Notes: generated from the sequence alone by a model not told the origin. Positions 11,382-23,529 are shown, numbered from the stretch's first letter. The stretch is DNA of 47,223 nucleotides from Chiloscyllium plagiosum (GCF_004010195.1 NC_057755.1:2259783-2307005); one strand, 5' to 3'. Numbers and translations are program-made.

Positions 11382-12253
11382 TTACTTGACCAGTTGTTGA
11401 TCCGCATTCCTCAACTTCTCTTTAAACTTGGACACAGTCACTGCATAAAATAATGTGTTCGTGCTGCAGCTGAAATCCTTGAGCATATCCCCGACATACG
11501 GTAAAATATTTGTCTCCCCAAAATAGGCTTTTGTTCCATTAAAGCCTTGGGATAAGAAGATTATACCATACGCTAACCACAGAAGTACAAAGCTGATGGA
11601 TATGGTGAAAAGGGAAATCATTGACTTCCTTCGGCTCTCCATCTCTGCATCTTTCAGATTCTCTCTCTTGCCAAGACCCCTCAGAATCTTGCGGAGTCGT
11701 TTGGCCAGCAAAACATGCCTCACCGTCAGAGTGTTCATCAGAAGAATTAATACGAATGGGATGAAAGGTGTTAAAATGTTATCAAAACTCTTAAATCCCA
11801 GCCACCTTGGGTCTCTATAATAGCTTAATGGTATTCGGCAAAACAGTGAAATGTTGTTAATTATCTTTCCAGGTTTAAACACAAAATAAAAAGGAATACA
11901 TTTTGCACAGAGCAGAATGCCAGTTGCCGCTAGAGTCGCAGCTAAGGCTTTCTCTGTCCAATATTTTCTCTTCATTTTCAGACAGCAAATCGCCACAAAA
12001 CTGTCAAAGGAGAAAAGGACAGTGAACCACACGGAACAGTCTGTGGCTGCACGAGCCAGGACAAAGATAGCACTGCACACAGGGGTGAGGTCCAGGAGAG
12101 ACTTTCGTAAGTAATACATATTGAATCGCCTTAGTATGATGTTTATGAAAATGAACAGTAGATCCGACGATGCCATAGCCAAAAGACAGCACGTTGTACA
12201 ATTAGAGAGTCCACATTTCCCTCGTGTGAGAATCAAAACCACCAGGACATTTA
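11382..12253 (-). CDS. GPCR copy 1, exon 2: class A GPCR, GPR139/GPR142-like (spliced protein 312 aa, open frame)
   Basis: Acceptor tctcttacag| at 12254 (phase 1), then VNVLVVLILTRGKCGLS..LLAMASSDLL..AATDCSVWFTVLFSFDSFVAICC..DAEMESRRKSMISLFTIS..SCSTNTLFYAVT, with hydrophobic TM segments and a stop at 11382-11384. A paralogue, not necessarily the GPR139 orthologue. Confidence 0.88.
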
Positions 12254-12474
12254 CTGTAAGAGACAGAAGGGAATTGGAAATTACTGGTCGAATATTATCT
12301 GAGTCTGCCCAGAGAGCAATAGATGTAGTCAACGAATGAATGCGTCAGTTGGGAGGGTTCCTACGTCAGATTTCAAAAGGACATCTGCAACCGAAATCAT
12401 TTCTGAGCTGTGCAATCTTATGTTTCATTAAATCTGTGCAGAGAAGTCAATGGAGCATATTTTTTCAATGAAAG

Positions 12475-12725
12475 AGAGAGGGGAATTGAGGAAAAGGCTT
12501 TCACCCAGAGAAAGTTGGGGATCTGGAATGCAATGTATGGCTTAGTAGCTGAGGCAACAATCCTCACAACCTTTAAGGACTATTTGGATGAGGACTCAAA
12601 GTGTCATAACATTCAAGGCGTTGAACCATGTTAGGGAAACGGGGAAACTACAGCTTCAGTGTAGCTTACATAGCATAAGCCGGATAGAAGGGATGATCTC
12701 TTCTGTGTGATAGGCTTCTATGATT
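12475..12725 (+). mobile_element. Old CR1 3'-end fragment in the copy 1 intron (paralogue ~18830-19075)
   Basis: AFTQRKLGIWNAM..AEATILTTFKDYLD matches the CR1 C-terminal motif. Confidence 0.75.
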
Positions 12726-12804
12726 CCAGGAATTGCTTCTGTGAGGCTTGTTAGGATGTTAAACATTGCAATCCTAAATCAAATAGCCATTTGTCCCGGA
12801 AACG

Positions 12805-12975
12805 TGGAACAGAATCAAAAGTAGTTTGAGAAACTCAGCAGATTTGGCAGCATCAGTGAATAGAGAAATATAGTTAATGTTTCGTGACTGGAATCACTCT
12901 TCACAGAAAAACGTTCTTCTGAAGAAGTGTTACTGGACTCAAACATTTAATTCTTTTTTTCTCTGCAGGCAATAA
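12805..12975. mobile_element. Degenerate palindromic Penelope-tail mini-element (paralogue ~19155-19315)
   Basis: The minus-oriented arm (gagaaactcagcag..ggcagcatc..gttaatgtttcg) is followed by a plus arm (ttctgaagaag..actggactcaaacatttaa), the two being roughly reverse complements. Confidence 0.6.
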
Positions 12976-13049
12976 CTGATCATTGCAAACAAAAGACAGG
13001 TGATCCATTCTCAAAGGAAATTGAACCAGCTCCCTATTCTCATTCCAAT

Positions 13050-13525
13050 GTTCAATACCTTGTCCACACTCTTCAAATTTAATTCACTTCAGTCAATATC
13101 CTGATTGCATTTTAATAAATTGAGAATTGCCACCTCAAGACCCCAAACTGGGAAATGAAATCCAGACACGCCACCACTCTCTGGATTGAAGGGTTAACCT
13201 TCATGGACCGTATGATCATTCAGCAGTTAGCCTCAATGTGTGTCTCATGGTAAATTTTCCATTCCGTTAATGGAAACATGCCTGTATCAAAACCGTCCTC
13301 ACTCTCTACACCTCAATTACATCATCTCTCATTCTCCTCTGCTCTACAGAAAACAAGCCTAGCCCTGTCCAATCTTCCATCAATGCTGCTCTAATTTCCA
13401 AGTCCTGGTGATTTGGTTGAAAGTCTACTCCGTGTTCATCCCTGCGCAATTTTGCTCTTCCTGTTAAGTCGTGACCAGAACTGTGCACAACTTTGCAGCA
13501 GTAATCTACCCACTGTCTTATGTGA
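13050..13525 (-). mobile_element. Old CR1 fragment in the copy 1 intron (paralogue ~19400-19830)
   Basis: Minus-strand LGLFSVEQRRMRDDVIEV and CAQFWS-like motifs. Confidence 0.7.
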
Positions 13526-14903
13526 TAGCAGAGTTACAGGTTTTGCAGTGGCAGGGAGAGTTTGTTTTCAGTTGGATGACTCCTCCATGATAAGTTCGTG
13601 TTCATCCCAGATCTGAAGTGTTGAGATAGAGGATGTAATGCGTCTGGACGGCTGGAGTTGGATGTGAGTTCAATTAAAAAGTTACTCAGAGGTTCAGAGT
13701 ATGAGTTTAACAGCATTTCTTCAGTCTGATACGAGCTTATTTAACTACAGTACAAGCCAGAAGCTGGACCTGAATACAACGTAATGGATCAGAATGGTAT
13801 TTGTTTTGGTTTTGAACAACATGATCTCCTGACAAATCATAAACACACAATGCTGCAAATTTTAGTTCAACAACAGAACAGCAGTTCAGTAACAAATGAT
13901 GATAAAATAGAATAATGCAAACTGTTAACTCATAACAGAGATTCAAAGGCATCGAACACACAGTAAATCTATAACCTCATTCATCTGAAAGCACCCTTTA
14001 AAGTGAAAAAAAAACAGCTTATGTACTGTATACACATCACCATTTCTTGTGCAGTTCCATAAACCTCCCCGCATATAATACTGACAGCAGACAAACCTGT
14101 ATTTAACACTTTGATTTGTCAGTTGCGTTTTTCACTCTTAAAACGGAACTGAAGTAAGTTCTTCGATGATCTAACACACAGATGAGTGTCAATCTACTCA
14201 GGTTTTAGTAATCTCTTCAGGGTTTCCTCTATCTCAACACTTCAGATCTGGGATGAACACGAACTTATCAAAATATGGTAGTCTAATTGACTAAATCTCT
14301 GAGTCACTTCTCATGAGCATACATCCACCAAGGTCCAGGGTGTCCCAAGGGCTACAAGAAATGACTCACAGTTATAAGTGTAATAAAAAAGTACCTCAGT
14401 TTAAGGTGTTTTCCTTAAGCTCTGATTCCCGAATCGCAAAAAAAAGTTTATTTGTGCACAAATCCATTTCGACTGGAGCCAGTATATGAACACGATTTCA
14501 TTAAAAGAAAAATTCTGTGGTTGCAGAAATAACTATAAATTATGTGTTACCTTCAGATAAACAGAGAAACCTAATGGTTATTCACACGAGAAAACGAAAT
14601 TGATTATTTTACTTAATTTAATCGAAACACTCTGTAGTCTCCGATTGAATTGGATATTTCTGGAAGATCGCGGGACAAAATGAATTACAAAATGGAAATT
14701 TCAATTGCTCAGGCAAATTCTGCCGGGTCTGCAGTGATGGGGATTATTCAGGGTAATCTGTAATCTGAGACTAGATCACCAATCATTTTACCTATGTTTG
14801 AGAGTGGTCCCAACATGCCCATATATCACTTTAAATTGCAGAGTGAAACCTTAGGTAATCCACAAGACAAATTTACACAATGTCAATGACACAAGGCACT
14901 CAC

Positions 14904-14970
14904 CAGGAATTGTTACAACTGGAAGGACTGTGTAAAATGGTTGCTGCGCCCTCTGAATTAGAAGATGCAT
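14904..14970 (-). CDS. GPCR copy 1, exon 1 (N-terminus and first half of TM1)
   Basis: ATG at 14970-14968 gives MHLLIQRAQQPFYTVLPVVTIP+G, then donor |gtgagt (14903-14898). Phase 1 matches exon 2 (G|TA = Val). Conserved in copy 2. Confidence 0.85.
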
Positions 14971-15046
14971 TTTCTGCGAGAATATCTTTGTTCAGGCAAT
15001 CTCTCTCCGTATTAATAAACGATGCAATATTTCCCAAAGCTTTTCC

Positions 15047-15052
15047 TTTATA
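15047..15052 (-). promoter_or_regulatory. Candidate TATA box of GPCR copy 1
   Basis: GATATAAAGG on the minus strand ~80 bp upstream of the ATG; same motif at the equivalent position in copy 2. Confidence 0.5.
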
Positions 15053-15374
15053 TCTGCTGGCATTGCCCGAGGGATTGTCAAATCACACTCCAATTGTTTT
15101 TCAAGAATTTGAATAAGTAGATGACGACAGTGATTTAAAACCCAGTTGAAGTTTATTGGAATAAGTGAATCTCATTCGGCTAATAACAAACACAACAAAA
15201 TACATATGCACCATCATTGATACCAAATTACACCCCCCCCCCCCCCCGCCTTGCTGAGATCTCGTTGTCATTCTATTGACTCTGACCATTTAGTGACGAT
15301 ATTCTGGTTGCTAAGTGTCTCTCTGATAACTGTTCTCCTCAACACAGGGATGTGGCTTCGCTGTTCAACAGTGC

Positions 15375-15810
15375 GGAAAATTATACAAAACCATGTTATA
15401 TTCCAGCTGGTTTATTTGGAAGGATTATCTTTCAGAGTGCTGCTCCTTCATCTGTGACGAGTGGGGCAGGATCAGAAGACAAAGAATTGAAAGCACAGTG
15501 TCATGCAATTAAAACGAGATATTGAACAAACCTAAATTGATGTTAACTCTTGCATTTTTTAGAAGAGGTTGCAGGTTTCGATTAATTATTATGTAATTCC
15601 AGAACTTTCAAAAGTCATATTCTCGAGATAACTAAAGGTGTTATGAAAAAAGTGACATCTCAGCTCAGAAAATGTATTAAAATTGTGAGGTTAGATTCTG
15701 TCTGTATCCCAGTCTTGAGCCAGATAGGTTCTATTTCCAAAGTAGCAATTTATATTAAAAAAAATACTTGTCTGCCTGCATTGATTGCTTGCAGTTGTGT
15801 GGTTTTTCAG
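15375..15810 (-). mobile_element. Penelope-like element 3' region, second tail type (paralogue ~21740-22170)
   Basis: Its end is the reverse complement of the tail at 23368-23490 (ctgatgaaggagcagcgctc.gaaagcta..ccaaataaacc). Confidence 0.6.
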
Positions 15811-15829
15811 CAAAACAGAACGTATGTGC

Positions 15830-16898
15830 AAATAGAACATAGAACATTGAACATGAAAGCACAGTGCAGACCCTTTGCCTCTCGATGTTGCGCTAAGCTG
15901 TGGAACCAATCTGAAGCTACATTATTCCATTCTCATCCATATGCCTATCCAATGACCATTTAAATGCCCTTAAAGTTGGCGAGTCCACTCCTGCGGCAGG
16001 CATTGCGTTCCACATCCCTAGTACTTTCTTAAAAAAACTACCTTGTTATCTGTCCTCTATCTCTCACCCCTCAATTTAAAGCTATGTCCCCTCATACTGT
16101 CGATCACTATCCTAGGAAAAAGGCTCTCACTGTCCAACCTAGCTAACCCTCTGATTATCTCTATTTATCAATTAAGTCACATCGTAACACTCTTCTCTCT
16201 AAAGTCACTCAGCCTTTTCTCATAGGACCTTCCCTCCATACCAGGCAACATCCTCATAAATCTCCTCTGAACACTTTCCAAAGCTTCCACATCTTTCCGA
16301 TAATGTGGTTATCAAAACTGTATACAATACTCCAAATGTGGCCGCACCAGAGTTTTGTGCAGCTGCAACATGACCGCTTGGTTCCAAAACTCAATCCCTC
16401 TACCAATAAAAGCTGCCACACCGTATACATTCTTAACAACCCTAACAACCTGGGAGATAACTTTCCTGGGTCTGTGTACCTGGAAACCGAGGTCTTTCTG
16501 CTCATCTACACTACCAAGAATCTTACCATTAGCCCAGTACTCTGCATTCCTGTTACTCCTTCCAAAGTGAATCACCTCACACTTTTCTGCATTAAACTCC
16601 ACATGTCACTTCTCACCCAGCGCTTCAGCCTATGTCTCTCTGTAACCTGCAACATTCTTCATCACTATTGACCACTCCACTGGCCTTAGTGTCATCCACA
16701 AATTTACAATACCATCCTTCTATGCCCTCATCCAAGACATTTATATAAATGACAAACAACTGTGGACCAAAAACACATTCTTGCAGTACACCACTAGTAA
16801 CTTAACTCCAGAATGAATATTTTCCATCAATTATCACACTCTGCCTTCTTTCAGCTAGCCAATTTCTGATCCAAACCGCTAAATCACACTCAATCCCG
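15830..16898 (-). mobile_element. CR1 LINE 3' fragment
   Basis: ORF 16312-16602 MEFNAEKCEVIHFG..LHKTLVRPHLEYCIQF; (ATAGAAC)n tail at ~15831-15852. Confidence 0.9.
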
Positions 16899-16934
16899 AA
16901 GGGCCTGTTTCTACACTGTAATGTAATCTAATCT

Positions 16935-17290
16935 GTCCTCTCTGTCTGTCCTTCTCTCACCTTTGCCTCTGCCTCACATGTTCCCCTTCCCTCTCTCTTT
17001 CCCTCTGTGTGTCTGTCTCTATTTTTCTCTCTCTCACTCTCTCTCTCTGCCTGTTTTTCTTTCCTTGTATCAGTATGTCTGTCTCCCTCCAACCACCTTT
17101 CTACCTGTCTTTCTTTCTCTCTCTATCTCTCTGTCTTTCTCTCTCTTTATGTCTTTCTCTCTCTGTCTCTCTATCTCTCTGTCTGTTTCACTCTCTGTTT
17201 TCCTTTCTCATTGTCTTTCTCTCTGCGTGTCTCTCTTTCTCTCTCTCTCTTCCTGTCCTTTTCTCTCTCTTTGTCTTTCCGCCTTTCTCC
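16935..17290. repeat. CT-rich low-complexity / degenerate (CT)n tract, preceded by a short SINE/LINE tail (16897-16934)
   Basis: Near-pure pyrimidine tract; ccgaagggcctgtttctacactgtaatgtaatctaatct matches the SINE tail at 27151-27200. Confidence 0.9.
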
Positions 17291-17414
17291 AAAATTGTGC
17301 CACCCCAGGCACGTTGGGCTGAATGATCTCCTGCTGCTGACTGTCTGTGCCCCCTCCCCATCCACTGCTGGGTGTTACACACCTTTCAATGTGATTGTGC
17401 TGATGGAATCTTGG

Positions 17415-17620
17415 ATGTGGTGCTGGCAAATTATAGCAAGTCAGGCAACATCGGTGGAGCAGGAGATTCGGCGTTTTGGGCATCACCCTCTATTTCTGAT
17501 GTAGGGCTTTGTTCGACATATCGATTCTCCTGCTCCTCGGATGCTGCCTGACCTGCCGTGCTTTTCGAGCATCACACTCAGGATTACATCCGCTCTAGCA
17601 TCTGCAGTGCTCACTTTTTA
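17415..17620. mobile_element. Palindromic Penelope-tail mini-element in the 3' flank of GPCR copy 2
   Basis: Inverted arms (gtggtgctgg..gtcaggcaacatc..gagcaggaga / tctcctgctcctcggatgctgcctgac..gcatcac). Flanked by a degenerate direct repeat CTGATGGAATCTT (17400-17412) / CTGATGGTATCCT (17621-17633). Confidence 0.75.
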
Positions 17621-17721
17621 CTGATGGTATCCTCGCCATACATACGCAATTCCTGAACTGGGAACACGGTGGACAATTCTGGAAATCTCTGTTGCTTTGC
17701 TGAAACCCGGAAATGAAGAAT

Positions 17722-20700
17722 TTACTTGACCAGTTGTTGAACCGCATTTCTCAACTTCTCTGAACGTGGACACAGTCACTGCATAAAACAATGTGTTCGT
17801 GCTGCAGCTGAAATCCTTGAGCATATCCCCGACATACGGTAAAATATTTGTCTCCCCAAAATAGGCTTTTGTTCCGTTAAAGCCTTGAGATAAGAAGGTA
17901 ATACCGTACACTGACCACAGAAGTATAAAGCTGATGGATATGGTGAAGAGAGAAATCATTGACTTCCTTCGGCTCTCCATCTCTGCATCTTTCTGATTCA
18001 GTCTCTTGCCAAGACCCCTCAGGGTCTTGCGGAGTCGTTTGGCCAGCAAATCCTGCCTCACCGTCAGAGTGTTCATCAGAAGAATTAACACGAATGGAGT
18101 GAAAGGTGTTAAAATGTTATCAAACACTTAAATCCAGCCACCTGGGGTCTCTATAATAGCTTATCATTACTCGGCAGAACCATGGAATTTTGTTAATTAT
18201 CTTCCGAGGTTTAAACACAAAATAAAAAGGAATACATTTTGAACAGAGCAGAATGCCAGTTGTCGCTAGAGCCACAGCCAAGGCCTTCTCTGTCCAATAA
18301 TTTCTCTTCATTTTCAGACAGCAAATCGCCACAAAACGGTCAAAGGAGAAAAGGACAGTGAACCACACGGAACAGTCTGTGGCTGCACGAACCAGGACAA
18401 AGATAATACTGCACACAGGGGTGATGTCCAGGAGAGACATTTGGAAGTAATACATACTGAATCGCCATAGTATGATGTTTATGAGAATAAACAGTAGATC
18501 CGACGTTGCCATCGCCAACAGGCAGCGCGTTGTACACTTAGAGAGTCCACATTTTCCTCGTGCGAGAATCAAAACCACCAGGAGATTTACTGTAAGAGAC
18601 AGAAGGTTAAACGGGTATTGGAAATTGCAAATCAAACATTATCTGAGTCAGCCCAGAGACCAATAGATGTAGTCAACGAATGAATCCGTCAGTTGGGAGG
18701 GTTCCGATGTCAGATCTCAAAAGGACATTGCAAGCCGAAATCATTTCTGAGCTGTGCACTCTTGTGTTTTATTCAATCTGTGCAGTGAAGTCAATGGAGC
18801 ATGTTTTTTTCAAGTGAAAGAGAGAGTGGAATTGAGGAAAAGGCTTTCACCCAGAGAGGGTTGTGGATCTGGAATGCACTGTATGGGGTGGTAGCTGAGG
18901 CAATAAACCGCACAAACTTGAAGGACTATTTGAATGAGGACTCGAAGTATCATAACATTCGAGGCGATGAACCTGGTTATGGAAACTGGGACGACTACAG
19001 ATTCAGTGTAGATTTTATAGCATAATCCTGATAGAACTGATGACCTCTTCTGTATGGGAGGCTCCTACGATTCCAGGAATTGCTTTTGTGAGGCTTGTGA
19101 GGATTTTAAACATTGCAGTCCTAAATCAAATAGCTGTTTATCCTGGAAACGTGGAACAGAAACAAAAGTAGTTTGAGAAACTCAACAGGTATGGCAGCAT
19201 TAGTGAAGTGAGAAATAAAGTTAATGTTTCGTGATTGGAATCACTCTTCGCAGAAAAAGGTTCTTCTGAAGAGGGGTTACTCGACTCAAATATTTAATTC
19301 TGTATTCTCCACAGGCAATAGCTGATCATTGCAAACAAAAGGCAGATTCTCCATTCTCAAAGGAAATTGAACCAGCTCCTTACTCTCATTCCAATTTCCA
19401 ACACCTGGTCCACAGTCTTCAAAGTTAATTCACTTTAGTTCAAGATCATGGTTGCATTTAAATAAATTGAGAATTGCCAGCTCAAGACCACAAACTGCGA
19501 AATGAATTTCAGACACACCAAAACTGCTTGGATGGAAGGGTTAGCGTTCATGAACTATATGATCCTTCAGCAGTTAGCCTCAATGTGTCCCGTGGTAAAT
19601 GCTCCTTTCCGTAACAGGTCTGTATCAAAACCCTCCTGAGTTTGTACACCTCAATTACATCATCTCTCGTTTTCCTCTGCTTTCCAGGAAACAAGCCCAG
19701 CCCTATCCAATCTTCCCTCAATGAACGCAAGTCTACCCTGCGTTCATCCCAGTGCATTCTGCTCTTCCGGTTAAGTAGTGACCACAACTGTGCACAAGAT
19801 TGCAGCTGTAATCCATCCACTGTTTTACGTGATAGCAGATTTACAGGTTTTGCAGGAGCGAGGACATCCAGGGTAAGGGAGGAGTCGTTTGCGAAAGAGT
19901 AAATATGTAATTGATTCCCACAGTAGCTATCTGGTCAAAATCTGGGCTATGTAATGAATGTGGACGGCTGGGGTTGGGTGTGAGATCAGTTAAGCAGTTA
20001 TTCAGAAGTTAGACTATGAGGTTAACAACATTTCATCTGTCTGATATGAGCGGATATAACTACAGTACAAGCCAGAATCTGGACCTGAACACAGCGTGAT
20101 GGATCAGAATGGTATTTTTTTGGGTTTTGAACAACATGATCTCTTGACAAATCATAAACGCACAATGAAGCAAGTATTAGTTCAACAACAAAACAACAGT
20201 TAAGTACCAAACAAATGATGATAATATAGAATAATGCAAACTGTGTACTCATAACAGAGATTGAAACGCATTGAGCAAACAATAAAATTCCATCTCATTA
20301 ATTTGAAAACACTCTATAAATTGAAATAAAAACCTATACAATGTATACAGATCGCCACCACTGGTGCATTTTCAAAAAAAAACATTCCTTGTATAATACT
20401 GACACCAGAAAACCCCATATTTAACACTTGGTTATGTCAGTTGCGATTTCCACTCTTAAAACGGAACTGCAGTAGTTTCTTCGGGGATCTAACACACAGC
20501 TGAGTGTCAATCGACTCATCTTTTAATAATCTCGTCAGGGCTTCCGTTATCCCAACACTTCTGGTCTGGGATGAATATGGACCTTTACCATTATGGTAGT
20601 CGAATTGACTAAAACTTCAGGTCACCTATCATGAGCACACATCTGTACATCCATCCAGTTCCAGGGTGTTCCAGGGGCCACAAGAAATGACTCACAGTTA

Positions 20701-21312
20701 AAAGCGAAATAAAACGTTTCTTATTTTAGGGTGTTTTCCTTAAGCTCATATTCCTGAATACTGGGTTGTATACAATCGGAAAAAACAACAGAAGTTTATT
20801 TGTGCACAAACCGATTCAGCCTAGAGCCAGTATATAAACACGGTTTTTTAGAAGAAAAGTTCTGTGATTGCAGAAATACCTACAAGTTAACTATTAACTT
20901 CAGATAAACAGAGAAACCAGCGGTTACTAACTCTAGTAAACCAAAGTGAACATTTTACTTAATTCCATCAAAGCTCTTTGTAGTCTCTAATTGAATGAGA
21001 GAATTCCAGAAGGTTGCGAGATGAAATGAATTATGAAATAAAATTTTTAATTGCCCAGGCATTTTCTTCCGTGTCTGCAGTGATGGGAATTCTGCAGGAT
21101 ATCTGTAATCTGAGACTAGATCACCGATCATCTATCCGTGTGTGAGTGGCCCGAACATGCCCAGGTATCACTATCAATTGCAGAGTGAAACCGCAGGGAA
21201 TCCTCAAGACAGATTTACACAAATTCAATGACACAAGGCACTCACCAGGAATTGTTACAATTGGAAGGATAGTGTAAAATAGTTGCTGCGCCTTCTGAAT
21301 TGGAAGATGCAT
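17722..21312 (-). pseudogene. GPCR copy 2 (GPR139-like), two exons (21246-21312 and 17722-18589), frameshifted
   Basis: Exon 1 MHLPIQKAQQLFYTILPIVTIP+G|gtgagt; acceptor ttacag at 18590; intact FDRFVAICC. Relative to copy 1 there are two 1-nt deletions at ~18125-18136 (premature TGA at 18120-18122) and a 2-nt deletion at ~17760. Confidence 0.85.
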
Positions 21313-21386
21313 TTTCTGCGAGAACATTTTTATTCAGGCAATTTCTCTGTATTAATAAGCGATGCAATATTTCCCAAAGCTTTTCC

Positions 21387-21392
21387 TTTATA
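21387..21392 (-). promoter_or_regulatory. Candidate TATA box of GPCR copy 2
   Basis: GATATAAAGG on the minus strand, same position as in copy 1. Confidence 0.45.
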
Positions 21393-22194
21393 TCTGCTGT
21401 CATTGCCCGGGGGATTTTCACAGCGCTCGAAGTGTTTTTCAACAATTTGAACAAATAGATAATGACAGTAATTTAAATCCCAATTGCGGTATAACAGCTT
21501 TTTAAGAAATGTTTAGAGGAATATGTGAATCTCATTCAGTTAATAACAAACACAACAAACTGCATATGCGCCATCATTGATACTAAATACCATCTCCCTC
21601 CATGCTGCGGTCTCATGTCAGAGTTGTCATTTTATTGATGGTGACTATTTGGAAACTAAATTATGGTTGTTAAGTTTCTCTCTGAGAACTGTTCTCCTCA
21701 ACACAGGGATGTGGCTTCCCTGTTTAACAGTGCGGAAAATCACACAAGACCATGTTATATTCTAGCAGGTTTATTTGGAAGTATTAGTTTTCAGCGCGCT
21801 GCTCCTTCATCAGGTAAATAGGGGCCAGGATCAGAAGGCACAAATTTGATAGCAAGTGATCACAGAGTCATGCAATTAAACGAGATATTGAACAAACTTC
21901 CATTGCTGCTAACTCTTTCTTCCTTTAGAATAGGTTGCAGGTTTTGATTCATTATTATGTAATTCCAAAACCTTTTTTTAGTCATATTCTCCAGGTGACT
22001 TCAGGTTATATCGAAAAAGGTGACATCTCAGCTCAGTCAATGTATTAAAAGTGTGAGGTTAGAGGCTGTCTGTGTCCCCATCTTGAGTCAGGTACGTTCT
22101 ATTTCTAAAGTAGCAAATAATTGTTTAAAAATGGATTGTCTGCCTGCATTGATTGCTTGCAGGTTGTGTGCTTTTTGAGCAAAATAGAATGTAT

Positions 22195-23190
22195 CTACAA
22201 ATAGAACATAGAACATTGAACATTAGAGCACAGCACAGACCCTTTGGCTCTCGATGTTGCGTGACCTGTGGAAACAATCTGAAGCCCATCGAACCTAGAC
22301 TCTTCATTCTCATGCATATACCTATCCAATGACCATTTTAATCTTCTTAAAGTTGGCGATTCTACTACTGCTGCAGGTAGTGCGTTCCACAACCCTACTG
22401 CTCTCTGAATAAAGAACCTGCCTCTGACATCTGTCCTATATCTACCACCACTCGATTTAAATCTGAGTCCCCTCATGTTATCGATCACCATCCAAGGAAA
22501 GAGGCTCTCACTGTCCAACCTATCTAGCCCTTTGATTATCTCTATTTCTCGAAAAGTGGCATCTCAACCCTCTTCTCTCTAACGTCCCTCAGCCTTTTGT
22601 CATAAGACGTTCCCTCCATACCAGGCAACATCCTAATAAATTTCCTCTGAACACTTTCCAAAGCTTCCACATTTTCCTGTAATGTAGTGATCAGAACTGT
22701 ATGCTATTCTCTGCATTCCTGTTACTCCTTCCAAAGTGAATCACCTCACACTTTCCTGCATTAATCTCAATTTACAACTTCTCAGCCCAGCACTGCAGCT
22801 TATCTACATCCCTCTGTAATCTATAACATTCTTCATCATTATCGACAACTCAACCGACCTTACTGTCATCCATAAATTTAATAACCCTTCCTTTTATGCC
22901 CTTATCCAGGACATTTATATAAATGACAAACAACAGTGGACCAAAACCACATCCTTGCGGTTCACCACTATGAACAGAACTCCAGAATGCATATTTCCCA
23001 TCAATCACCACCCTCTGTCTTATTTCAGCTAGCCAATGTCTGATCCAGTACGCTAAATTAATCTCAATCTCATGCCTCCATATTTGTAAAATAGCCTGCC
23101 ATGGGGCAGCTTATTAAACACCTTACTGAAATGCATAGACACCTCCACAAGTTTGGTCAACTTTTCAAAGATCTCAATAAGGTTTGTTAT
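22195..23190 (-). mobile_element. CR1 LINE 3' fragment (duplicate of 15830-16898, with an internal deletion at ~22705)
   Basis: DVRGRFFIQRAVGLWNALP; colinear with 15830-16898. Confidence 0.88.
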
Positions 23191-23231
23191 TCAACACAAT
23201 TCTGCAAATGCAAATTCACCACACAGAATTA

Positions 23232-23265
<34 letters not shown>

Positions 23266-23270
23266 TGTGT
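23232..23270. repeat. (TG)n microsatellite
   Basis: About 19 TG units with one interruption. Confidence 0.95.
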
Positions 23271-23367
23271 TTATTTGTAAGTGGTTCGTTCAATATTATG
23301 TTTTAATTGCATGAAACTGTGATAATTTGCTTTAAGTTTGGTGTTGTACTTTCCTGCCTCACGAGTT

Positions 23368-23490
23368 ACCTGATGAAGATGCAGCGCTCTGAAAGCTAGC
23401 ACTTCCAAATAAACCTGTTTAACCACAACGTGCTGTTGTGTGATTTTTAACTTTATCCAGCCCAGTCCAACACGGTCACGTCCACATCCC
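23368..23490 (+). mobile_element. Penelope-type 3' tail with hammerhead core
   Basis: CTGATGA (23370-23376), stem AGA.GC/GCTCT, GAAA (23391-23394), GCTA. Confidence 0.65.
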
Positions 23491-23529
23491 GCCTAACAGT
23501 GGATGATCCATGAAGGAATGTTAGTTCCT

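Larger units (their letters stand above)
11255..23070. repeat. Tandem segmental duplication A: ~11255-16898 and ~17595-23070 (offset ~6.34 kb)
   Basis: Colinear exon 2, intron repeats, exon 1, promoter, Penelope and CR1 fragments. Acceptor offset 6336, donor offset 6342. Confidence 0.92.

Noticed and set aside
12254..12332. N-terminal 26 aa of the 316-aa ORF as a single-exon GPCR start
   Set aside because: Non-ATG start and not conserved in frame across copies. It contains a polypyrimidine tract and AG acceptor, and a proper exon 1 exists at 14904-14970.
11596..12339. Antisense ORFs over GPCR copy 1 (and similar over the other copies)
   Set aside because: Short shadow frames of the GPCR coding strand with no independent support.
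16963..17504. Long Leu/Ser-rich and Arg/Glu-rich ORFs
   Set aside because: Translation of a CT microsatellite that happens to lack stop codons.
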